From Candidatus Latescibacterota bacterium (GTDB lineage Bacteria; Latescibacterota; UBA2968; UBA8231): 64,000 nucleotides of DNA. Below are positions 18,538 to 29,100 of the stretch, piece after piece. The translations under genes and the position numbers were made by a program. The stretch lies in contig OZ244561.1 of assembly GCA_965217585.1 (NCBI GenBank), forward strand, positions 6,144,001 through 6,208,000, written 5' to 3'. Below the pieces are notes generated by a model. The model searched no databases, had not been told where the DNA came from, and saw nothing but the letters and a program-made list of their open reading frames with translations. Within the stretch, counting starts at the first letter, position 1; each line of letters starts with the position of its first letter.

Positions 18538-19689
18538 ATGGAGGAATGGACGCGCAGGACTTTTATCCAGCAGACGCTTGGCGCGGGTGGTGCGCTGGCC
18601 TTGGGCCTTGCGTGCGCTCGTCCAGAGAGCGACGCCGATCCCTTTACTGGCGGCGAATTGCTGGAGAATCTGGGCTTCCTTGACGGCAAGGAGCCTCTGC
18701 AACTAGGCGACGGGCTCGACGCGCGATTCCACACCGATTTGACCGCGCTCACGCCCGCCACCTTAATCACCCCCAATGAGCACTTCTTTGTGCGCACGCG
18801 CTGTTCCGACCTGATCAATTTTGCCCAGCCGTGGAAAATCGCGGTGCGCGGACTGGTCGAGCGACCCGTGGAAATCGGTCTGGACGAGTTGAAGCTCTTG
18901 GTCAAACCCATGGGCACCGTGCTGTTGGAGTGCGCCGGCAATCAGCGCCGGCCCTTTGGGCTGATGAGCGCGGCCCAGTGGTCGGGCGTCCCTCTGACCG
19001 AGGTGCTAGAGGGGCTGAACATCAAGGCCGAGGCGACCCGCATCCTGATCTCGGGCTTTGACGAGTACTCAACCAAACCGCACGCTTCGATTCCAGGGGC
19101 GAGCTGGGTTTTTACCTTTGCGGAGCTTGAGCAATACGGTGCCTTTTTGGCCACTGAAATGAACGGCGAACCGCTGTCGCGCGATCACGGTTTCCCCGTG
19201 CGCCTAGTCGTGCCCCGGTGGTTTAGTTGCGTGGACATCAAATGGGTCAATGAGATTGCGTTGGTCGACGACGGCGCAATGGCGACGAGTCAGATGTTGG
19301 AATTTGCCAGCCGTATCAACCAGCAAGGCGACCCCAAGCTCGCTAGGGACTTCAACCCCGCGCTGATCGACCAGGCGGCTCTGCCCATCCGCGTTGAAAA
19401 ATGGCGTCTCGCCGAGCGGATCGTCTATCGAGTGGTCGGTCTGATGTGGGGAGGCGAGCGGTCGACCGACAAATTGATGATTCGGTTTGGCAGAGACCAA
19501 GATCCCGTTCCGGTCAATAGGCCCTACGCGCAGGAGACCAACGACACCTGGACGCTCTGGTCGCATGCGTGGGAACCCGCGAGGATGGGTTTCTACGATA
19601 TTACCATGCACATTGACGACGCTAGCATCAGGACGTGGCGGCTCGATCGGGGGCTGCACCGACGGCGGATCTATATCAGACAGGTTTGA
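18538..19689 (+). CDS. Sulfite-oxidase-family molybdopterin oxidoreductase, Tat-exported lipoprotein
   Basis: GGGGAGG RBS before ATG 18538. TRRTFI twin-Arg and LGLAC lipobox. FFVR, LECAGN (Mo-Cys), MNGEPL..DHGFPVRL, IKW. Confidence 0.88.
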   Translation: MEEWTRRTFIQQTLGAGGALALGLACARPESDADPFTGGELLENLGFLDGKEPLQLGDGLDARFHTDLTALTPATLITPNEHFFVRTRCSDLINFAQPWKIAVRGLVERPVEIGLDELKLLVKPMGTVLLECAGNQRRPFGLMSAAQWSGVPLTEVLEGLNIKAEATRILISGFDEYSTKPHASIPGASWVFTFAELEQYGAFLATEMNGEPLSRDHGFPVRLVVPRWFSCVDIKWVNEIALVDDGAMATSQMLEFASRINQQGDPKLARDFNPALIDQAALPIRVEKWRLAERIVYRVVGLMWGGERSTDKLMIRFGRDQDPVPVNRPYAQETNDTWTLWSHAWEPARMGFYDITMHIDDASIRTWRLDRGLHRRRIYIRQV

Positions 19690-19692
19690 TGC

Positions 19693-21516
19693 CTAGCCCT
19701 GGTGGGCGTGGGTCACGGCCCGATCAATTTTTTCGTTCCAGGGATCTGCCACGCGGGCCTGGTACCTGCCGTCGTTGAAGTAGGCGGCCTTGGGCATCCA
19801 GCGGTCTTCCAGAATGACCTGGCGGTGGGCCCTTTTGAGGCGGGACTTGAGTTTGGCGAGCGCGGCGGCCTTGTGGCGGGCTTTTGGTCCGGGGGACATG
19901 GCTAGGATTTCGTCGGCTGTATGCCAGCCCCGGATGAGGGTGGCGGGAAAAGCGAACCAGCGGCAGATGTAGCCGATTCTCAGGCGTACGAGCGGATCCC
20001 GCGAGGCCCTGCGGGCGCGGGCGAGGATGGCCTCCAGGTCGTCGACGTCGTCCGCAGTGAAGCAGGAGACCTGGTCGTGGAGGCCGCGCAGCCCTTGGAA
20101 CCAGCGACCCTGCCGAGGGCGTTGCCAGATGGCTTCGAGGCGGTCGTAGAAGACGCGGACTGCGCCGGCCGCCTTGTGGAAGAGCCGACGGAAAAATTCG
20201 TCCAGGAGCGCATCCACATCCTGGTCCGAGTCCCACCAGAGCTTGGAGGCCAGCCAGATGTGGGGGCCGAAGCCGGGCCAGTGGGGATAGGCTTCGGCGT
20301 AGAAGCCCTTGACGCCGGTGCGGTGCTGGAATTTGATGTCGTCGGCCAGCAGGTGGGGGAAGAAACGGGGCAGCACCCAGCCCAGGCCATAGTAGTCGTA
20401 CTTGCAGACGTGGTCGCATTGCCGGCTCCAGGTGCGAATGAATGCGCGGTCCTTGTCGCGGTATTCGCGGTCGAAGTGCTGGGCAGTGTCCTGGGTGAGG
20501 AAGATGGCGACGTTGGGCTCCAGATGGTCGATGGTCTGGGGAGGCGATTCCACGTTGATGTAGGCCAGGCAGCCGACGAACTTTCCCGGGTGGGATTCCC
20601 GCAGCGCCCGGGCCACGGTGTTGATGTAGGTGAACCACCGGTCGGAGTAGACCGGACGGTCGCGAAAGACCAGGCCGGGCACGTCGAGTGCCCGGCAGTT
20701 TTCGCACTGGCAAAAATCCGCGTTGTCGTTCATGCCCAAAGAGAAGCAGTGGGCCTCGGGATTGGCATCGAAGTAGCGGCGCACGGCCTGGATGGTAAGG
20801 TCGATGACCGCGGGATTGCTGGTGCAGGGCTGGCCAAAGCGGGCATTGCTTTCGGCGTCGCTGGTGGGAATGAGGCGCTGCCCGTCGATGAGGGCGTAGT
20901 ACTCGGGATGGCTCTTGCCGTAGCGAGCGACCGGAAAGATGCTGTAGAGGGCGTGGTGAAAGCCGGCGTAGGGCAATTGCGGTCGGCGGCGGCTGACCCG
21001 GTTGCGGCGCTCCCATTGCGCTCCTTCCAGACCGGAGATGCCGCTGAATTCGCGGTGGAGGAAATGGGGCCGCTTTTCCTCGTTTATCGGGGCCAGCCGC
21101 AGGGTGGTTTGCACGGGGATGTCCGCGAAGAGTTCTCCGGGCATGAAAAAGCGGACGCCGAGGTGGTCCTCCAGGAGCCCGTACACGCCGTAGCACGTGC
21201 CGCAGTCGCTGCCGCCCAGAATGAAGAGGTCTCTGCCAGAGGTGGCCAGGCGGTAGCCCTCGACGCCCGCGTCTCCGGCGTCCAGACCCAGGGATTGGGC
21301 GCATGTAGTGGCTCCCACGTGGAGGGCGGTGCTTCCCCGGGGTGCGGGTTTGCCGTCATCCGGTTTCATCGGAGGAGCTATACCAATGATTTTTTCGAGA
21401 ATGGCCTGCAGATCCATGGCCGCTTCGCGGAGTACTTCTCCGGCATCATCGGGCAGGACAATAGCGGTTTTGGGCATGCCCTTATTGGCTAGGGTGAAGG
21501 TCTTGGAAGGGGCCAT
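19693..21516 (-). CDS. DUF4838-domain protein (GH67/GH20-like N-domain, putative glycoside hydrolase)
   Basis: AGGAGG RBS before ATG 21516. EGYRL…LFILGG…GTCYGVYGLLEDHLGVRFF, HPEYYAL, QPCTSNP, SLGMND…CQCENC, LAY. Confidence 0.8.
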   Translation of the reverse strand: MAPSKTFTLANKGMPKTAIVLPDDAGEVLREAAMDLQAILEKIIGIAPPMKPDDGKPAPRGSTALHVGATTCAQSLGLDAGDAGVEGYRLATSGRDLFILGGSDCGTCYGVYGLLEDHLGVRFFMPGELFADIPVQTTLRLAPINEEKRPHFLHREFSGISGLEGAQWERRNRVSRRRPQLPYAGFHHALYSIFPVARYGKSHPEYYALIDGQRLIPTSDAESNARFGQPCTSNPAVIDLTIQAVRRYFDANPEAHCFSLGMNDNADFCQCENCRALDVPGLVFRDRPVYSDRWFTYINTVARALRESHPGKFVGCLAYINVESPPQTIDHLEPNVAIFLTQDTAQHFDREYRDKDRAFIRTWSRQCDHVCKYDYYGLGWVLPRFFPHLLADDIKFQHRTGVKGFYAEAYPHWPGFGPHIWLASKLWWDSDQDVDALLDEFFRRLFHKAAGAVRVFYDRLEAIWQRPRQGRWFQGLRGLHDQVSCFTADDVDDLEAILARARRASRDPLVRLRIGYICRWFAFPATLIRGWHTADEILAMSPGPKARHKAAALAKLKSRLKRAHRQVILEDRWMPKAAYFNDGRYQARVADPWNEKIDRAVTHAHQG

Positions 21517-21556
21517 TTCGCGCCTCCTGTGTCGGCAGGGAGTACACTCGGACAGA

Positions 21557-21585
21557 ATCATATATTTGCATTGTTCGACTGTCAA
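21557..21585 (-). promoter_or_regulatory. Near-consensus sigma70 promoter
   Basis: TTGACA-N17-TATGAT about 40 nt upstream of ATG 21516. Confidence 0.75.
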
Positions 21586-21683
21586 ACATCCTCTGAGCGG
21601 AGCCGGTCGGCATGGCTTTCGAGGAGCGCCGACTGGGAGCACTGGTCCGAGTCCGCGACCAGCCAAGACGGGATAGGTTACAC

Positions 21684-24600
21684 ATGTTGCGACACGTGAT
21701 TTTGGTCGCCGGCTTATTGTTTGGGTCGGGGATGTGCGCCCTGATCTACCAGATGGTCTGGCTGCGCGAATTCCGCTTTGTTTTTGGGGCCTCTACTCTA
21801 GCATCGGCCGCGGTGCTGTCCGTCTTTCTGGGGGGGCTTGGCGCGGGCGGGTTCTGGTTCGGGCGGCGCGTTGACCGCAACCCGCGGCCCCTAGCCCTAT
21901 ACGCCTACCTCGAACTGCTCATTGCGGCCTCGGCTGCCCTCACTCCATTGCTGGTGTGGATAGCGCGCGAGTTCTACGTCGCCTTAGGCGGAGTCCTGCT
22001 GCTGGGGCCGGTCGTGGCCACGCTGTTGCGGCTCGTGCTAACCGCGTGTGCGCTGGCCGTTCCGACCTTTCTCATGGGCGGAACGCTGCCCGCCGCGGCC
22101 AGAGCCGTCGGCGGCGATGAGGATGCTGGGAGACGCCGGGTCGCCGTGCTGTACGGAATTAATACGCTCGGCGCTGTGACCGGGGCTTTGCTGGCTACTT
22201 TCGCGCTGTTGGAACGCCTAGGGGCGGATGCGACCCTGTGGGCCGCCGCCGCGCTAAACGCCGTTGTCGGAGGCTGTGCCCTGTGGATTGCGCGCGCCTA
22301 CCCAGCCGTCTTTGACAAGCAAGTGTCTGTTGCTCAAGCGGTAGATGGAGAGGTGCAGCGCTCCGGCTACGTGCGGATGCTAATTTTTGCCACCGCCGCG
22401 GTGGCCGGGCTGGCCTTTCTGCTCATGGAACTGGTCTGGTATCGGATGCTGGCGCCACTGCTCGGGGGCACCACCTATACCTTTGGCCTCATCCTAGCCG
22501 TGGCACTACTGGGCATCGGCTTGGGGGGGACCGCCTATGCGTTGTGGGGACGCAAGCGGACCCCCGCGCTCGCTGGGCTGGCGCTGACTTGCATCCTAGA
22601 AGCACTGTGTGTAGCCATTCCCTTTGCGCTGGGCGATCAGGTAGCTGTGCTAGCAGGTGGCCTGCGCGAGTGGGGGGCTTTGGGTTTTGGTGGACTGGTG
22701 CTCTCGTGGTCTGTGGTGGTGGGCATCGTGGTGCTTCCCACGGCGGTCGTTGCGGGGTATCAGTTTCCGCTCCTCATTGCGCTGCTAGGTCCCGGGGCGC
22801 GCCAACTCGGGCTCGACGTGGGCTGGACCTATGCTTGGAACACACTAGGGGCCATTCTGGGTGCCTTGCTCGGGGGCTTTGTCTTGCTGCCGTGGCTTTC
22901 CGCCCCGGGCGCGTGGCAACTCGTGGTAGTACTACTCGCGGTTTTGGGAGGCGGTATTGCTGCGTTTTCGTGGGCGCGTGGCAGACGGGAGGTAGAAAGC
23001 GCAAAATGGGCTGGTCTGCAGTCGGGCCTCGCTGTCGCTTTGGCCGCGATCGCCGCGTCCTTATTGTTGGCGACTGGACCCACCGCTGCGTGGCGGCACA
23101 GTCCGATTGGGGCAGGGCTAAACGTGCTGTCCAATTTGAGTGCCAACGAGCTACAGGGTTGGATGCAAGGGCAGCGGCGCGCCGTGCGCTGGGAGCGGGA
23201 AGGCGTTGAAAGCTCGGTGGCCATTCGCGTGTCCGACCGGGGGCCAGTGCTCTTTTTGAACGGCAAGAGCGAAGGATCTGCCGTGGGGGACGCTTCCACC
23301 CAGATCATGAGCGGGATGATCGGAGCCATTCTGCATCCACGTCCGCGCAATGCCTTGGTCATTGGACTTGGGACCGGATCTACGGCTGGTTGGCTGGCCG
23401 CTATCGACGCATTGGAGCGCGTCGATGTGGTGGAGTTGGAGGCGGCGGTGGTCGAAGCGGCCAGCGCCTTTGGGCCGGTCAATGTGAACGCCGTCGGCCA
23501 TCCCAAGGTGCGCACTGTCGTCGGCGATGGGCGGGAGGTCGTCCTGACCACTCGGCAATCCTACGACCTCATCTTCTCCGAGCCTTCCAATCCCTACCGG
23601 GCGGGGGTCGCTAGCCTGTACACGCGAGAATTCTACGAAGGAGTTGCCCCGCTGCTGCGGGACGGCGGCCTGTTCGCGCAGTGGGTGCAAATGTACGAGG
23701 TGGACGAGCAAACTATCCGCACCATCTACGCTACCCTGAGTTCGGTTTTTGCGCACGTGGAAACTTGGCAGACCCAGCGCGGGGATTTGCTGCTGCTGTC
23801 TTCTGCCAGCCCGGTGTCGTATGATATTCCCAGACTGCGCGCCCGAGTCGCCGAGGAACCCTACCGCAGTGCGCTGGCCGCTGTCTGGCGCACCGCGGAT
23901 CTCGAAGGCTTCCTCGCCCACTACGTAGCCGGTCCTACGGTGGCGCGCGATTTGGCGCGCGAGCAGGCGTTGAATACGGATGATCGCACCTTGGTGGAGT
24001 ACGCCTTTGCCCGCCATCTGGGGCTCGGGAGGCATTTCAATATCGAGACGGTGGAACAATTGGCGCGGGCCCAGGGAGAAGATCGGCCCCGCGTGACGGG
24101 TGGGGCCGTGGACTGGGAATGGGTCACAGACCAGCGCCTCGCCTTTCTGATTGGCCAAGGGGAACAAATTCGCCCGGCCCGGTACCCGGATTCGACGCCG
24201 CACCAGCGATATCGCCTGAGAGCCTTATCGGCTTGGTGGGACTCGCGGTCGCGCAATGGGCTGGCGTGGTGGCAAAGTCAGCCGCGCCAGCCGCGAGGGC
24301 TGCACGAAGTGTCGGCGGTGGCTTACATGATGACGGTCAATCAGCGCGAGGAGGCCGCCCAGTACATCGAGCAGTTGCGCGACCTCCAGCCCGTTGAAGC
24401 GGATGTGATCTTGGCCATTTTGCGCACGCGCCAGGGGCGGATAGCGGAAGCAGTCGCCGCACTGGAGGCCGCTTTCGGGGGGTACGGCCGCGATCCTTGG
24501 GCCTGGCCGGCACTCATGCAGCGCGGCTTGGCTTTGGCGCTGGACCTCGGCGGCCGGGATGCGGCTCATGCCGAGCGGTTGTACGCGGCGCTGCGTTCTC

Positions 24601-24833
24601 CGTTTGTCATGGATTACGCGCGGGAGACGCGGCTGAACGCATTGCTGAATCTGGGCTATGAGCTCAATTTTCCGCAGAACTGCATAGAGGTGCTCAACGA
24701 GCTGGAACCGCACGTGCCTTGGAAGCGCGATTTGCTCGAAGCGCGCGTCAAATGCTACCAAGCCGCAGACCATCCCTATCTCGAAAGGGCGCGACGCGAT
24801 CTCGACAAGTATCTCGCCTTAGAGGAAAAGTGA
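21684..24833 (+). CDS. Fused MFS-like membrane / spermidine synthase domain protein
   Basis: Multi-TM N-half (CALIYQMVWLR…YGINTLGAV) followed by a SAM-fold domain (LVIGLGTGST, DVVELE, GDGR, YDLIFSEPSNP). Confidence 0.88.
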   Translation: MLRHVILVAGLLFGSGMCALIYQMVWLREFRFVFGASTLASAAVLSVFLGGLGAGGFWFGRRVDRNPRPLALYAYLELLIAASAALTPLLVWIAREFYVALGGVLLLGPVVATLLRLVLTACALAVPTFLMGGTLPAAARAVGGDEDAGRRRVAVLYGINTLGAVTGALLATFALLERLGADATLWAAAALNAVVGGCALWIARAYPAVFDKQVSVAQAVDGEVQRSGYVRMLIFATAAVAGLAFLLMELVWYRMLAPLLGGTTYTFGLILAVALLGIGLGGTAYALWGRKRTPALAGLALTCILEALCVAIPFALGDQVAVLAGGLREWGALGFGGLVLSWSVVVGIVVLPTAVVAGYQFPLLIALLGPGARQLGLDVGWTYAWNTLGAILGALLGGFVLLPWLSAPGAWQLVVVLLAVLGGGIAAFSWARGRREVESAKWAGLQSGLAVALAAIAASLLLATGPTAAWRHSPIGAGLNVLSNLSANELQGWMQGQRRAVRWEREGVESSVAIRVSDRGPVLFLNGKSEGSAVGDASTQIMSGMIGAILHPRPRNALVIGLGTGSTAGWLAAIDALERVDVVELEAAVVEAASAFGPVNVNAVGHPKVRTVVGDGREVVLTTRQSYDLIFSEPSNPYRAGVASLYTREFYEGVAPLLRDGGLFAQWVQMYEVDEQTIRTIYATLSSVFAHVETWQTQRGDLLLLSSASPVSYDIPRLRARVAEEPYRSALAAVWRTADLEGFLAHYVAGPTVARDLAREQALNTDDRTLVEYAFARHLGLGRHFNIETVEQLARAQGEDRPRVTGGAVDWEWVTDQRLAFLIGQGEQIRPARYPDSTPHQRYRLRALSAWWDSRSRNGLAWWQSQPRQPRGLHEVSAVAYMMTVNQREEAAQYIEQLRDLQPVEADVILAILRTRQGRIAEAVAALEAAFGGYGRDPWAWPALMQRGLALALDLGGRDAAHAERLYAALRSPFVMDYARETRLNALLNLGYELNFPQNCIEVLNELEPHVPWKRDLLEARVKCYQAADHPYLERARRDLDKYLALEEK

Positions 24834-24873
24834 CGGACCGGATCAATTAGACCACGACAAAGGAGGATAGCTC

Positions 24874-26130
24874 ATGCAACCTGTGATGTTCATGGGACAG
24901 ATTCAGGCATTTGAAAACGACGGCGCGGACTATATTATCGAGCGCCTGTGGGACGGGGGTATCAGGGAATTGGTGTTGGGCGATCTGATTTTGCGGCAAG
25001 GCGAGACTCAGGGCCCTTCCTTTGCCCCCAATGTGGATTTTTACCACGACTGTGCAAAACAGCCGCCCCAACTGCCCGCGGCCCTAGCGGCGTCGAGCCG
25101 CATTTTCGGCGATGCGGTAAAAGCCGCGGCCGACAAGGGGTTTGCCATCTATTTCCACGATTGGGGACAGTTCGGCTGGTTCGAATCGGGCTCGTGCCTG
25201 AACAATCCCGAGCAGGTGCGCTACGGCTTGGCGCGCACCCGGGACACCTTTGCCCAATATCCCGACACCGGCGGTTTTGTGCTCGACGGCCCCGAATACG
25301 GCTACGAAATTGAGCCGGGACACCGCAGTGACGTATTCACGTGTTTCTGTCGCCACTGCGAGAACAAGGCGCGGGAATTGGGCTGCGATTTCGCCGCTAT
25401 GCAGGAAGCGGCCGAGCGCCTGCGGGCCCGCCTGAGCGCATTGAGTCCAGCCGTGATGCGCGGTTTTATCGAGGCGCAGACCGGGCCTTTTGACGCGGTG
25501 GATTTGCTCTTGCAGGAGCCCGCGCTCTTCGACTGGATTCGCTTCAAGACCATGTGTATCGAGCACTACGTGGGTGAATTTTACCGCGGCGTCAAAGAGA
25601 TTGACCCGAAATTAAAGCTGGCCTGTGGACCCCGCATCTCGGCCTTTGCGCCGCTGACCGGATACAATTATCGGCGCTTGGGTGAAGTGACCGATTTTAT
25701 TGCCCCCAAGCTCTACTTCTGGCAGCACGGTATCGACGGGTTGAAGGGGACGGTGTACCGCTACGCCCAAACGCTGGTGGAACTGAACGAGGGCGTGGAC
25801 GAGGGGTTGGCGCTGGATTTTGTCTTTAAACTTTTCGGCTTCACTATGCCCGGCGTGCGCACCCTAGACGAATTGTCGGCACCGCTCAACGAAGCCTTTT
25901 TCCGCGAGACCGTACCCGGGGAAATCGCCAAGATGATCTTCCGCACCGGTCCGGTGGAGCGCCTCAAACCCTGGGTCGGCCTGCACCACGGTGGGGTGCG
26001 GATCTCGTCCAACGAACTCGAATTGCTCTTGCAGGCCATTGTCGCCAGCGGCCTGCAGAGCCTCATCTACTGGCACTACTCGGACATGAGCGAAGAGGAG
26101 TGGCAGGTACTGCAAGGATTTATTCGCTGA
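24874..26130 (+). CDS. Hypothetical TIM-barrel glycoside-hydrolase-like protein
   Basis: AAGGAGG RBS. CLNNP…GFVLDGPEY…CFCRHC…WIRFK pattern. Family uncertain. Confidence 0.6.
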   Translation: MQPVMFMGQIQAFENDGADYIIERLWDGGIRELVLGDLILRQGETQGPSFAPNVDFYHDCAKQPPQLPAALAASSRIFGDAVKAAADKGFAIYFHDWGQFGWFESGSCLNNPEQVRYGLARTRDTFAQYPDTGGFVLDGPEYGYEIEPGHRSDVFTCFCRHCENKARELGCDFAAMQEAAERLRARLSALSPAVMRGFIEAQTGPFDAVDLLLQEPALFDWIRFKTMCIEHYVGEFYRGVKEIDPKLKLACGPRISAFAPLTGYNYRRLGEVTDFIAPKLYFWQHGIDGLKGTVYRYAQTLVELNEGVDEGLALDFVFKLFGFTMPGVRTLDELSAPLNEAFFRETVPGEIAKMIFRTGPVERLKPWVGLHHGGVRISSNELELLLQAIVASGLQSLIYWHYSDMSEEEWQVLQGFIR

Positions 26131-26131
26131 C

Positions 26132-29100
26132 ATGACAGAATTCTCCTTTGCGCGCTCGCGACACTTTCCCCGCACCGACCTCGCCGCAGATACGGTCTTG
26201 GTGGTGCCGGATGGCCTCCAAGCAACTCCGCCCGTTGTGCAACTACAGGGCGCTATCACCGCTGTGGCGGGGCGGGCACCCGACATTGTGCCGCAGCAGG
26301 ATTTCACCGAGACGCTCTTTGGCAGTGCCCAGGTGATTGCCTGCGGCAATATGACGAACAACGCCGCTCTGCGTCGGCTCTACGCGGCCCGTTGCTGTTT
26401 TGTCGATACCTTTTTTCCCGGCGGGGACGGCTATTTTGTCAAGTCAATTTCAGATCCCTTCGGCTATGGCAAAAACTGTATCGTCCTCGGGGCCAGCAGC
26501 CGGGAAGGGTTGCTGGCGGCCTTGGCAGTGTTCGAGGACTTGGTCCGCACCAGTGCCGGAGAGCTGCACAGGGTGCATGCCGCTCAGTTCCAGCATCCTC
26601 TGCCCCCGTTTCCTACTGAAGAACAATTGGAGAAGATGGTGCAGGACGATCTCAAGACTTGGGAAGGCGCTTGGGTCTCCACGCCTTTTCGGGGCGGTCA
26701 GGTGGAGAACTACGCCTGGTATTATTATCTGACCGACCACCCAGTGTGGGGCCGTGCCGTGCCGGACATCTTCGCCGGTTCCTTGGAACCCTGGCTGGCT
26801 CAGCGGCGCGACTACCCGGAGACCTACCACTGCTTTTTTCACTTCCACAGCCTCATCCACCTCTGGGAGCTGATCGAGGATAGTCCGCTCTATACCGAGG
26901 CCGACCGCCGCGGGGTGGTGACCATGATAGGCGAGATGCTGCGTCACTTGGCTGGCCTGTTCTATATGGAGGAAAGAGTCAACCCCCCAGACCTGATTCG
27001 CCAGAACCACACCACCTATATCGCCATGGACTTGGCTGCAGGCCACAACTACCTGAGCAAGCGCTACGGCATTGGCGAATTCGCGCCCACCGAGGAAGTG
27101 GTAGAGCGGATTTTTGCCGGCCAGAACGATTGCTACAAAGCCAACGACGACGGTGGAGTGGGGTACGCTTGGCTCGTGCCCCAGGAGACGTTCTCGTACG
27201 CGTTGTTTAAAAAGAACGACTACGGGTACATCGAGAACGGCCACATTGCCGATCTATGCAAGCTCGCGGTGGTGACTACGGACAATATGCGCAGCGAGAG
27301 CAACCACGGGGATACTTCGGGGTACGCCCCTTTTTCTCCGTCCGAGGGGTGGGAGGGCCGCTTGTGGGCACCGATGATCTCCACTTGGTATGCGCGCAAC
27401 CCCGAGCATCTGTGGATTCTCAACTGGCTGGGTGCGCGCAAGAAGCCGACGCTGATGCACGTGTTGCGGGGGCTTTATGCCGGCGTCGAATGGGGCGAAA
27501 ATGGATTGGCGCTCGCCGACTGCGTCCCCGAGGAACCAGTGGGTCTGCTCGGTATATACGCGATGAAATTGCCGGCCCAAGCGCTGGGGTGGGTGCGCGC
27601 GTACGCCCCGGCTGATAACCAGCCCGATCCGCAAAAAGACTACTTCGACAAGCTCTCTCTGCGGCGCGACTTCGACCCGATGAGTGAGTACCTGCTGCTC
27701 GAAGGGAGCGGCACGTTCTGTCACGGGCACGAAGACAGCAATACCATTGTCCGGCTGACTTGGAACGACCGAGCTTGGTTGGGGGACGGCGACTATATCC
27801 GGGCGGCACCCAAATTCCACAATTCAATCGCCGTCATCCGCGACGGCGTGGGTGTATTAAAGCCGCCGGGAGATGGCTTGCTGATGCCGCTGCTGGCCTC
27901 GCTGAACTACCGCAGCGAAAGTGCTGCTTTTGGCTTGGTGCAGACCGAGGCTGCCGGGTACAACGGAGTTGACTGGCGGCGCAATATCTTTTGGGGGAAG
28001 GGGCGCTATTTCGCGGTGATTGACCAATTGCAATGCACCGAGGCCGGGGACTACCGCTGCTACTGCTTGTGGCGTCTGGTGGGGGAGGCCGAACTCAAAG
28101 GGTCCAGGGTGTGTCTGCACCAAGAGGGCGAACACTTCTACATCGACAATGCCGATGGATCGGCCCAGGAAATCGTCGCCGACTTGCACGAGAAAAGCCG
28201 CTGGCGCAATTATCCACACGCCGGGGACATACTCCATGTCCTGCACCAGCAAGCCGCCCGCACCATGCAGCCAGGGGAGAATCTCGTCTATATCAATCTG
28301 CTGACGCCGCATCCCGACATCCGCCTAGCGCGCCTGAATGAAAGTACCGTCGAGATCCGCGATGGGGAAGAGACGACCATTTTGGGCGTCGGCCATACCC
28401 GTCTGGGAGCGCTGGCAATTGAGGCTGAAATGTTCGGAATCTCTCTAAAGGGGGATAGCCTGACCTTGCAGGGCATTGAACGCCTAGGCTTCGCCGAGGG
28501 CGCGCATTGGACCTGGCAGGTGTTTGACGGGTCGCCTGCGACGCTCAAAGTAGGACAGAGCGAAACGGCTCAACGCATCTGCGACGCTATGAATGCCGTC
28601 GCACCAGAATCGCCCCCCGCTGCGCCGGAACCTCCCTCGCTCCGGCCGCAGAACGGCTGGACCGCCGCGTGGAGCCGGGATCTGGGATCGACCGAGATCA
28701 GCGCTGTAGCTGTTGACAGTGAATTGCTGCTCGTCGGCACGGAGGAAGGGGATGTCGTCCAACTAGGGCTCGGGGACGGTGCGGCGATGTGGTCGCACCA
28801 ACTGGGCCCGGACCGGGCGGCTAGTGCCCTGCTTCTGGCCGATATCGACGCGGATGGGGTAGTGGAAGCGCTGGTGGGCACGGACGATGGGCAATTGGCC
28901 GTACTCGAAGGCCACAGCGGCGAGCAGCGCTGGGGCAGGACCTTGAAAAACTCGGGGTGGGGTGCAAAAGTCTCCGGCCTAGCTGTGGCTGATCTGGAGG
29001 GCCGGGGCCGCACGAGTGTCATAGCGTCGACCGTGGGCTGGTACATAAATGCCTTTGATGCGGATAGCACGCTCGAATGGGCGGAGTGGGTGCGCTACCA

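Noticed and set aside
19724-21492. Long alternative-frame ORFs of 523-526 aa (similar ones at 929-2125, 7976-9268, 45963-47708)
   Set aside because: Shadow ORFs of GC-rich genes with Arg/Pro/Gly-rich or antisense-typical composition and no motifs.
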